This document shows positions 40,195 through 48,120 of a stretch of DNA of 64,000 nucleotides, in pieces (the first letter of the stretch is position 1; each line of letters opens with the position of its first letter). Origin of the DNA: a virus; IMG/VR virus record IMGVR_UViG_3300044695_008209, positions 118,778-182,777 of that record. One strand, given 5' to 3'. A program made the translations under genes and the position numbers. Under the pieces are notes generated by a model. It did not search any database. It worked only from the letters and a program-made list of their open reading frames with translations, and was not told where the DNA came from.

Positions 40195-40237
40195 GCCTCT
40201 CTCGACCACCTTCCCACTCTTCGACAAGGCAGAACCC

Positions 40238-40939
40238 ATGGCGACACTTTCGGAATGGAGCCCGTACGATCAGTACGTGCAGGGAGGAATGGTCGACGGC
40301 CGCTACATGAACGCGGCCTACACGCTCATCGCAGCCGGCCCTCCCCGACTGGCGAACGTAGGCGGACCCGCCTTCCTCGCGGCGGCGTTCGCGGCTGGCA
40401 GCTCGGCAGGTGATCAGATCGCCTACCCGGTCGGCGTGGTGCAGAGCTTCAGCCTCGGCCACTCGATGCAGCTCAACCGCTTCTTCGAGATCGGGTCCGA
40501 GCGCAGCTACTTCGTGCCCGGGCGCGTGATGGGGCAGCTCTCGCTGTCCCGCATCATGTACCACGGTCCGTCGCTGCTACGCGTGCTCTACGCCTACTAC
40601 CAGGACCTCGTCCCGAAGACGGTCGTTCCGGCCCTCTTCCCGAACGTCGGTGCCGCCACCGTGGCCAACCCCCACGACGTCGTCATCCCGCCCGGGTACG
40701 AGAACATCTACCTCAACCTGGCCTCGGACCTCTTCAAGCAGCCCATCGGACTGCTCACGATGTTCAAGGACAGCAACGAGGACACGATGGCCTCTTACTA
40801 CTTCGAGTCCTGCTACGTCCCGCAGCACAGCCTCTCCACCGACGCGATGGGCACGGTCATGCAGGAGCAGGTCGGCATCCAGTTCGAGCGGATGATCCCC
40901 ATCGCCACCACGGTCGTCGGCCTGATCAGCGGCCTGTAG
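40238..40939 (+). CDS. Tail tube protein
   Basis: YPVGVVQSFS...NRFFEIGSERSYFVPGR...LSLSRIMYHGPSLL; follows the sheath. Confidence 0.75.
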   Translation: MATLSEWSPYDQYVQGGMVDGRYMNAAYTLIAAGPPRLANVGGPAFLAAAFAAGSSAGDQIAYPVGVVQSFSLGHSMQLNRFFEIGSERSYFVPGRVMGQLSLSRIMYHGPSLLRVLYAYYQDLVPKTVVPALFPNVGAATVANPHDVVIPPGYENIYLNLASDLFKQPIGLLTMFKDSNEDTMASYYFESCYVPQHSLSTDAMGTVMQEQVGIQFERMIPIATTVVGLISGL

Positions 40940-40948
40940 GAGCCGCTC

Positions 40949-43423
40949 ATGCCGTTCGCCAGTGAGGCCCAGCGCCGCCTGCTCTGGGCCAAACACCCGG
41001 ATATCGCCAGGCGCTGGGCCCACGAGCCCGGCGCGAAGAACCGCGACCTCCCTCCGCACGTCAAGGAGGGCGCACGGCTCTTCTCCGAGCTCGGGCTGAA
41101 GCTCGCGGACATGATGCCAGCACCCCCGCAGTCCTCGCTGCGGCCAGGGGTGGAGTTCCGCCCTCACCAGGAGGACGCCATCCAGAAGGCGATGCGGCAG
41201 AACGGCAACCTGCTGCTCAGCCACCCTGTCGGCTCCGGCAAGACCGTGACGGCCATCGGTGCGTTCGACCGCCTGCGCCAGGCCGGGAAGGCCAACCGCG
41301 CGCTCATCGTCACCCCCGCGTCCCTGCGCAAGAACTTCACCGACGAGGGCGTCCACAAGTTCACCCACGACCACTGCACGGTGTTCGGAAACACACAGGA
41401 AGTGGCCGACGGGCAGGGCGTGAGCATCGACCAGCCGGACCCGAAGTCGCGCTACCACGTGGTCAGCTACGACCTCTTCCGAGAGCGCCCGGAGGCCTAC
41501 ATCCGGGCTGCTGGCGCCGACACCGTCATCTACGACGAGCTCCACAAGATCAAGAACATCGGCATCACGGGCAAGGCGCTGAAGGACGCCCGGAAGTTCC
41601 ACCGCAACTTCATCGGGCTCACTGGCTCCATCGTCAGCAACACCCCCGCAGACCTGGTGCCGCTCATCGACGCCATGACGGACGGGAAGCACCACCTCGG
41701 CACGAAGGAGAACTTCGAGCGCCGGTTCATGACGGACGACGGGAAGCTGCAGAACACGCCCATCGTGCGCATGCTGCTGAACCCCTACATCCACCACGTC
41801 GACGCCGCGACGAGCGCCGGCAACATGCCCGTGAAGGAGATGGAGACCGTCAAGGTCGACATGTCTCCCGAGCAGCAGGAGCTCTACCAGTACGTCGTGG
41901 GCAAGATGGACCCCATCACCGCCCTGAAGTTCCGGTTCGGCACGTCGAAGCTCAAGACCAACGACGTCAACAACATCTTCAGCAAGATGACCCAGGCGCG
42001 TCAGGTCTCGAACGCCATCCACACGGTCAACAAGTCCGTGACGCTCTCGGAGTCCGCCGAGCGTTCGCCTAAGATCAGGCGGATCCTGGATGACGTCGAG
42101 GACCACCTCAAGACCACGCCTGACGGGCAGGTCATCATCTACTCGAACATGATCCAGGGCGGCCTCGACGTCATCGGACAGGGCCTTCGGGACCGCGGCA
42201 TCGACCACGGCATCTTCATGGGCAAGGGTCAGCCCGGCTCCACAGAGAAGAGCCGCACCCAGGCCGTCTCGGACTACCAGGCAGGGCGGAAGAAGGTCAT
42301 CCTCCTCTCCTCCGCAGGCGGCGAGGGGCTGAACCTCGGCAACACCACCTTCGTGGCCAACGTGGACGGGCACTTCAACCCGGAGAAGATCCACCAGGCT
42401 GAGGCCCGCGGTGTTCGTGCAGGTGGCCAGGCGCACCGCCCCGAGGCCGAACGAAAGGTCATCGTCCGGAGGTACGTCACGAGGGTCCCGCTCTCGAAGA
42501 CGCAGGTCCTCAAGGACACGATGAACCTCATCTCCCCCAACCACATGATCAACCGCGTCATGGAGGGGCAGCCTGTCCTCTACAACCCCCTTCGACGCGA
42601 GCGCTCGCCGGATGAGTGGGCGTACGAGGTGGCCGGGCTGAAGGACGAGCGGAACAAGGCACTCCGCGGCAACCTCGACAAGAGCGGGGAGGCCCCGCTG
42701 CCCGACAACATCGAGGACATGCTGGACCTCCTCGAGGAGGGTGTCGTCGACCGCGCTGAGGATCCGGCACTCCCGCTGGTGAAGGAGGCCGCAGCGAAGA
42801 AGGACGTGAAGCAGGCGCGCCTCGCCGCGGCTCGCATCCCGATGCAGCCCCACCGCCTCGTCAAGTCCGACCGCATCGTGATGAACGCGTACATGAAAGA
42901 GTTCGCCCCCTACCTCGAGGAGGCCGTAGACCCGACGCAGGTCGATCTGCCGGCCGACAAGCAGCTCCGCGAGCAGGAGTACATCGACGCGCTTCGGGCC
43001 TACTACAGGGAGGCCGCCAAGAACACCGGCGGGTCCAGCTCGAAGGCGCTGACGGACGCGGAGCGGAAGAAGGAGGTCTGGAAGGACACGGCGCTCGTCG
43101 GCACGGTCGGCGGGATCTACGGGGGACTGCACGGCACGGTCCAGGCAGCAGCAGGTGGGATCCCCCTCAAGCACGTGCCCCTGTTAGGACTGGGCGGTGC
43201 GCTGTTCGTGGGTGGAACCCTGGCTGGCACCACCCTCTGGGACGGCATGCGCAACCCCGCGTTCAACACCCCCGCCGCACGTGCGCGGAAGACCAACAAG
43301 CTGACGGACGCCCAGATGGTCCAGCTCCTCCGCGGCCTCGAGGTGCAGCAGAAGGAGGAGAAGACCCACCGCTTCGCCGTCGGCGCCGCCCCTCGCGCAA
43401 CCACCGCCTCGATCCCCTCGTGA
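40949..43423 (+). CDS. SNF2-family helicase with a cleavable-looking leader and C-terminal hydrophobic helices
   Basis: HPVGSGKT, IYDELH, LTGS, LLSSAGGEGLNL, QAEARGVR; leader ends FSELGLKLA. Confidence 0.85.
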   Translation: MPFASEAQRRLLWAKHPDIARRWAHEPGAKNRDLPPHVKEGARLFSELGLKLADMMPAPPQSSLRPGVEFRPHQEDAIQKAMRQNGNLLLSHPVGSGKTVTAIGAFDRLRQAGKANRALIVTPASLRKNFTDEGVHKFTHDHCTVFGNTQEVADGQGVSIDQPDPKSRYHVVSYDLFRERPEAYIRAAGADTVIYDELHKIKNIGITGKALKDARKFHRNFIGLTGSIVSNTPADLVPLIDAMTDGKHHLGTKENFERRFMTDDGKLQNTPIVRMLLNPYIHHVDAATSAGNMPVKEMETVKVDMSPEQQELYQYVVGKMDPITALKFRFGTSKLKTNDVNNIFSKMTQARQVSNAIHTVNKSVTLSESAERSPKIRRILDDVEDHLKTTPDGQVIIYSNMIQGGLDVIGQGLRDRGIDHGIFMGKGQPGSTEKSRTQAVSDYQAGRKKVILLSSAGGEGLNLGNTTFVANVDGHFNPEKIHQAEARGVRAGGQAHRPEAERKVIVRRYVTRVPLSKTQVLKDTMNLISPNHMINRVMEGQPVLYNPLRRERSPDEWAYEVAGLKDERNKALRGNLDKSGEAPLPDNIEDMLDLLEEGVVDRAEDPALPLVKEAAAKKDVKQARLAAARIPMQPHRLVKSDRIVMNAYMKEFAPYLEEAVDPTQVDLPADKQLREQEYIDALRAYYREAAKNTGGSSSKALTDAERKKEVWKDTALVGTVGGIYGGLHGTVQAAAGGIPLKHVPLLGLGGALFVGGTLAGTTLWDGMRNPAFNTPAARARKTNKLTDAQMVQLLRGLEVQQKEEKTHRFAVGAAPRATTASIPS

Positions 43424-43429
43424 GCTCCG

Positions 43430-44536
43430 ATGATCCAGCAACAGTGGGCCTCCTTTAGCGACGAGATCCTGAAGACCGCGGCGACGCGCCAGGTGAAGGA
43501 GATGCGGAAGCTCTACGAGGGGACCAAGTCCTCCGACCCGCGTGTAGCGGCCGCAAGCGAGGCGAAGTTGAAGGGGCTCGCGCAGCGGCTCTACGGCGCC
43601 GGCGTGCAGAAGGACAGTCCTGGTGGGATCCAGGCCGACCGCAAGTTGCAGATGCTGGGCCGGGGGAACGAGGGCGTGGCGGTGCCGGTGCTCGGACCGC
43701 ACGGGGTGGAGGTACGCAAGCAGTACGACCCCAAGTCCCAGCTCTGGAGTCCGTCGATGCAGAAGGACAAGGCGGAGCTCCTTCGGAACTCGAACCCCAA
43801 GCACGTCGCGCAGCTTTACGGCCACCACTCCTCTCCGGACTTCGACATCCACCGCATGGAGCTCGTGAAGGGGAAGGACCTCAAGCAGGCGATCAAGGAG
43901 CTGCCCGACGGAGGGCGTTTCCCTTCTGCGGAGGGAAATCGGCTCGGGGAGCAGGTGCGCGGTGTCGTACCGCACCTCGACGCTGCGGCACACAAGGCGG
44001 GCCTGTCCGGACACCGCGACGCTGCCTGGCACGAGGGAGGGCAGTTCAAGTACAACCCCGGCAACATCAAGATCCAGCCGGACGGGACGGCGAAGGTCAT
44101 CGACGTGCTGCCCACGCGCCAAGTCCCTGCGAACTACCACACTGCTCCCGGACGCCTGGAGCCGATGGACGCGCACAAGGCGCACTTCCCTGGTGGGATT
44201 CCGGCCCAACACGGGGAGACCCCGCTCCTCGACCTGACCAAGAAGCTGGGTCCCGGCTCCAGGCAGGCACCCAAAGGCATCCCGATGAGTGCGTCTAAGC
44301 TGCCGCCCGGAACGCCCCTCCCGGCGACGGGAGTGCCCATCCGCGGTCCCGCTCCTCCGCGCCCGGGCACCCCGCAGATCAAGTCGTTCATGGGTCGCTG
44401 GGGCCCGGGGCTAAGAAAGGCAGCCCCGTGGGCTGCCGGGGCTGCTGGTGTCGCGGGAGCAGGGCTACTCGCGCATCACTTCCTGAAGCGGAACGTCCCG
44501 GAGGAGCGTGGAGCCGGCGGCCCAGCGCCGGTGTAG
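43430..44536 (+). CDS. Protein kinase-like (Hanks/atypical) protein with an FSDEILKTA leader and a C-terminal hydrophobic helix
   Basis: LGRGNEGVA, VRK, MELVKG, HRD...NPGNIKI, AKVID. Confidence 0.75.
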   Translation: MIQQQWASFSDEILKTAATRQVKEMRKLYEGTKSSDPRVAAASEAKLKGLAQRLYGAGVQKDSPGGIQADRKLQMLGRGNEGVAVPVLGPHGVEVRKQYDPKSQLWSPSMQKDKAELLRNSNPKHVAQLYGHHSSPDFDIHRMELVKGKDLKQAIKELPDGGRFPSAEGNRLGEQVRGVVPHLDAAAHKAGLSGHRDAAWHEGGQFKYNPGNIKIQPDGTAKVIDVLPTRQVPANYHTAPGRLEPMDAHKAHFPGGIPAQHGETPLLDLTKKLGPGSRQAPKGIPMSASKLPPGTPLPATGVPIRGPAPPRPGTPQIKSFMGRWGPGLRKAAPWAAGAAGVAGAGLLAHHFLKRNVPEERGAGGPAPV

Positions 44537-44668
44537 CTCTCGGATGAGGTCCTCCCAGGACATCCGGGTGAACTTCGGGTTCGTGAGCAGGAACTCGACG
44601 ACGGCGTCGGGCACCTGCTCCATGTCCTCCTTCGTGGGATACTGGCCGAGCGGAACGGGTTCCATGAT
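44465..44668 (-). CDS. Small antisense hypothetical protein with its own CATAAG motif
   Basis: RBS ggagg; CATAAG at 44685-44690; overlaps the kinase 3' end by 72 nt. Confidence 0.55.
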   Translation of the reverse strand: MMEPVPLGQYPTKEDMEQVPDAVVEFLLTNPKFTRMSWEDLIRELHRRWAAGSTLLRDVPLQEVMRE

Positions 44669-44684
44669 GAATCACCTCCAGTAC

Positions 44685-44690
44685 CTTATG
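44685..44690 (-). promoter_or_regulatory. CATAAG promoter element (upstream A-box not conserved)
   Basis: Exact copy of the recurring motif in an intergenic position. Confidence 0.4.
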
Positions 44691-44727
44691 ACCAGGAACC
44701 GAGGTAAGTACCTCCCCAGGAGCGCGC

Positions 44728-47001
44728 ATGGATGACCTCGCAGACCTCGTCAGCAAGACCGTGCACTGGTCTGCGTTCGGTGACGAGATCCGGAAGCACG
44801 CCGGCACCGTCGAGGTCGCCCACAACTTCCACCCCGTCACAGTGCAGCCCCCGCAGGCGAAGCGCGCGAAGTTCCCGTTCACCGGCTTCATCGACTTCCA
44901 GGGCCTGAAGATCGACGTCGAGAACAAGAAGGGCGAATACCGTCGCGGCAAGGACAGGGACGGCCACGAGTGGAAGTGCCTCATGCACGCCCACTACGGC
45001 GAGATCCGGAACACCGAGGGCACCGACGGGGACAAGCTCGACGTCTACGTCGGCCCGAACCACGACTCCAGCCTCGTGGTGGTCGTACGGCAGCACAAGC
45101 CGGATACCGGCGCCTTCGACGAGGACAAGGTGATGGTCGGCTTCGACTCTGTGGAGGAGGCCGTCGGCGCCTACAAGAAGCAGTACGACAAACCCGGGTT
45201 CTACAAGGACGGAGACTACAAAGCCCTGCCCATCGGAGAGTTCTGGCGCTGGGTCCACGATCGCGACAACCACGGGAAGAAGGTGGCCGGAGTCCTGGAC
45301 GGACTCACGGTGAAGACGGCCGCGGATCTCCCTGACATCGTTCGCCCGGCGATCCGCCCGGAGATCCGGGAGTTCGCCCTGCACCCGCACCTCCAGAAGG
45401 GCCTCGCGGGAGCTGCCGCACTCGGAGGGCTGGCCGCAGGGTACCGTGCCCACCGGAACGCGCGGGCGAAGGAGCTGGAGACGGGGGAGCCCAGCACGGG
45501 CAAGCACGTGCTGGAGGGCGGAGCCGCCGGCGTCCTCGGAGGAGCAGGACTCGGAGCAGCGGCAGCGGTCGGCTCCAAGGACGCGCTCGAGAACGTCAAG
45601 CGGCAGGCCGCGCCCAGCGCCAAGTACGTGGCGCAGATGGCGCAGAAGCTCCGCGCTGACGGCAAGTCGATGCCGGAGATCAAGGCGATCCTCAGGGGAC
45701 GCGGGTTCGCCCAGCACTTCCAGAACGCCCACATCGGCTACCAGGCACACGTCCTCCAGGGGAAGATCCACACCGGAAAGGCCGCACTGGTGGGCGCTGC
45801 CGGTCTCGGCCTGCTGGGCGCAGGGGCCGCCGGCCTCAACGCTCACTTCAACAAGGACGAGAACCGCTCTGACCTCCGGGCCACGCAGCGCCGTCTCCAG
45901 GTTGGGCGCTACGCTCCACCCAAGGAGGCGTCTGCCGGCGCCGGCGCGAACGTGCTCGCGGATCTCGGGGACGCCGCGCGAACCGGCGCGAAGGATCTCA
46001 CCATCGCGGCTCGGAACAAGATGCAGAAGACGTCGCCGCCCCACTACGCGCCCCCGCGTCCGCACGTGCAGGTGGCGCCCTCTCCCTGGTCGAAGGGTGC
46101 CGGGGTGCTGGCCAAGCTCGCTGGCTCCAAGCTCCGCATGGCCACGCAGATCGCGGAGGAGGCACCTGGTCGATGGGCCATGTCCCTGGGGGGCCGCGTC
46201 ATCGGACGCATGTCGACATCAGGGAACCAGATCCGGGGAGTGCGCATCCTCGACCCCAAGCTGCAGGGGTTGGGACTGGGCCGGAAGTTCTACGGAGAAG
46301 TGGCGCGTCGTATGCCCGGACAGACGCTGCACAGTGACATGCAGGTTTCGGACAAGGCGACCCGCCTCTGGGACTCGTTACGCGCCGAGCACGGCTGGAA
46401 GCCGACAATACATCCGTGGACGCACCGCGAAGCGGAAGGAGGGGTGGTCTCAACTCTCACAAAGCAGCCTTGGCACGAGGGACATACTCCGGAGATCGAC
46501 GCTCTCCGTGCTGGCTCCGGATTCGCCCGCCCGCCTGCGTACTCGGCATCGCTACCTGCCGCAAGCAAGGTCGCCTGCGCCTTCTCGCAGGAAAAGCGGG
46601 CCACCGAGCTGCCGGGCGTCGGTGATGAGGGAGAGCGCCCGCACGTGCCTGGGCTGAAGACGCCACGCCTGGCCACGCCGCGCCTGAACCCCGACCAGGG
46701 GAAGCACATCCCGGTCAACCCGTTCCGCGGCAACTGGCGGAAGCTGGGCGGAGCCGAAACTGTCGCTCACGAGGCCGGAGAGGCCGCTCGCAACCTGGTG
46801 GCGGCCATTCCAGAGGACGTGAAGCACGGCCTCCTTGGGGCAGCCCTCGTGGGCGCCGGCGCTCTGGGGCTAAAGGCGACCGCCTCCCAGGCGATCAACC
46901 CCCGCCCTGAAGGTGTCGGCTTAGGCGCTGGAGCGCGAGCCGGCCAGAAGGTTCTGACGCTCGGACTCTCTCGGGCTGGTTCGGGGCCCGTGCAGTATTA
47001 G
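44728..47001 (+). CDS. Polyvalent-type polyprotein: inorganic-pyrophosphatase-like (InPase) domain, hydrophobic helices and a GNAT domain
   Basis: GLKIDVENKKG...YGEIRNTEGTDGDKLDVYVG...FDEDKVMVGF; LQGLGLGRKFY; modules separated by KHA, KTA, KEA, KLA, KVA and KRA. Confidence 0.8.
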   Translation: MDDLADLVSKTVHWSAFGDEIRKHAGTVEVAHNFHPVTVQPPQAKRAKFPFTGFIDFQGLKIDVENKKGEYRRGKDRDGHEWKCLMHAHYGEIRNTEGTDGDKLDVYVGPNHDSSLVVVVRQHKPDTGAFDEDKVMVGFDSVEEAVGAYKKQYDKPGFYKDGDYKALPIGEFWRWVHDRDNHGKKVAGVLDGLTVKTAADLPDIVRPAIRPEIREFALHPHLQKGLAGAAALGGLAAGYRAHRNARAKELETGEPSTGKHVLEGGAAGVLGGAGLGAAAAVGSKDALENVKRQAAPSAKYVAQMAQKLRADGKSMPEIKAILRGRGFAQHFQNAHIGYQAHVLQGKIHTGKAALVGAAGLGLLGAGAAGLNAHFNKDENRSDLRATQRRLQVGRYAPPKEASAGAGANVLADLGDAARTGAKDLTIAARNKMQKTSPPHYAPPRPHVQVAPSPWSKGAGVLAKLAGSKLRMATQIAEEAPGRWAMSLGGRVIGRMSTSGNQIRGVRILDPKLQGLGLGRKFYGEVARRMPGQTLHSDMQVSDKATRLWDSLRAEHGWKPTIHPWTHREAEGGVVSTLTKQPWHEGHTPEIDALRAGSGFARPPAYSASLPAASKVACAFSQEKRATELPGVGDEGERPHVPGLKTPRLATPRLNPDQGKHIPVNPFRGNWRKLGGAETVAHEAGEAARNLVAAIPEDVKHGLLGAALVGAGALGLKATASQAINPRPEGVGLGAGARAGQKVLTLGLSRAGSGPVQY

Positions 47002-47158
47002 ACAGGACGACCCCGGTCTCCGGGTCGTAGACACCCTCGTCTGCGATCGCCAGCTCCACCAGGAGCTCGAGCACCTCCTCCGGTCGCACGCGACGGCCCG
47101 CGTCCCTCGAGAGGGCACGGGCCGTACGTTCCAAGAAACGGCCGTGGTGTGGCTTCAC
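46895..47158 (-). CDS. Small hypothetical protein (possible ribbon-helix-helix)
   Basis: GTGA-coupled to the macrodomain gene; 3' end overlaps the convergent ORF. Confidence 0.35.
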   Translation of the reverse strand: MKPHHGRFLERTARALSRDAGRRVRPEEVLELLVELAIADEGVYDPETGVVLSNTARAPNQPERVRASEPSGRLALQRLSRHLQGGG

Positions 47159-47628
47159 CGACGCCCCGGCGTGAAGTCGTAGACGAAGATCGGCAGGTCC
47201 CCGAACACGCTGTCGAGGATGGCCTCTACGACATGCCAGTCTCCACCAGCGAGCCCGCACCCGATGCGCGGCATCCCGACCTTCGGCCAGACCCGTCTGG
47301 CCGCGAGCAGCCAGCTGCAGAAGCTCGTCATGCCGCGCTCGATCGCAAGGTAGTCCGCGTACACCGCGCCCGGTCCACCACCTCCGCAGTCGTACTGGCT
47401 GTAGAGGTTGACGATCCACAGTCGGCCCCCGACGACAGGCACCGGCTGCATCGTTCCGAGCTTCTGCACGTCTCCGCGCCGGGTGTAGCAGTCAGCCTCG
47501 TACACCGAGGGAAACTGCTGCTTGATCTGTAGCGCGATGCCAGCGCCGAAGGTGCAGAAGCAGTTGCAGCCGTGCACCAGGACCTTGCAATCGGATGCGA
47601 GGAGATCCCCCTTGACGTACGTGATCAT
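47155..47628 (-). CDS. Macrodomain ADP-ribosylhydrolase (T4 Tk.4/DarG-like)
   Basis: GDLL...VHGCNCFCTFGAGIA...MPRIGCGLAGGDW. Confidence 0.9.
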   Translation of the reverse strand: MITYVKGDLLASDCKVLVHGCNCFCTFGAGIALQIKQQFPSVYEADCYTRRGDVQKLGTMQPVPVVGGRLWIVNLYSQYDCGGGGPGAVYADYLAIERGMTSFCSWLLAARRVWPKVGMPRIGCGLAGGDWHVVEAILDSVFGDLPIFVYDFTPGRR

Positions 47629-47637
47629 GCCACTCTC

Positions 47638-48120
47638 CTACTTCTTCTCTGCCGGCGGTGCCTTGCGCTTGTGGTTCCTCGGGGTCAGCGTCAGCGCACC
47701 GACGATGACGCTGAAGCGCCGCTTCCCGGACTCGAGCAGGGTCTGGGTAGGCGCCGTGTCCGCGTCGTAGATCTTCTCCTCCGGCACCATCCCGGGCGCC
47801 AACGGCACCGTGCTGATGGTGGTGCCGTTGGGGAAGGTCTTCCGCTTGATGCTGTGCTTCGGGAAGAACCGGTACTTCAGGCGGCGTGGGGTCGCGCGCA
47901 GCCACGCGTACACCGACCACGCCAGGGCCTGGAAGCGCGTCGCTCGGAAGACTGTCTCCTGCATTCGCTGGAGGTCCTTGACCGCGTGGTTCTTGTCGTC
48001 CTGCGCGTACTCCAGCGCCGACCAGGCCCACGCCTTCGCGCCCTCCAGCCCGAAGTTCGGGTCCGCGACCATCTCGTCGAAGGTCTCGTGGAACTCCTTC
48101 TCGTCTACGTCCCAGCTCAT
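47638..48120 (-). CDS. Hypothetical protein
   Basis: RBS ggag; coupled to the upstream gene. Confidence 0.6.
   Translation of the reverse strand: MSWDVDEKEFHETFDEMVADPNFGLEGAKAWAWSALEYAQDDKNHAVKDLQRMQETVFRATRFQALAWSVYAWLRATPRRLKYRFFPKHSIKRKTFPNGTTISTVPLAPGMVPEEKIYDADTAPTQTLLESGKRRFSVIVGALTLTPRNHKRKAPPAEKK

Noticed and set aside
34205-40564. 2119-aa - strand ORF and other long antisense ORFs (e.g. 2981-5068, 9725-11737, 40577-43174, 50011-51888)
   Set aside because: Shadow frames of strongly GC3-biased real genes; Arg/Gly/Val-rich translations with no motifs.
273-40939. Spike, sheath and tube as a stand-alone contractile injection system, tailocin or T6SS
   Set aside because: Terminase, prohead protease, capsid and neck genes are present, so this is a phage.
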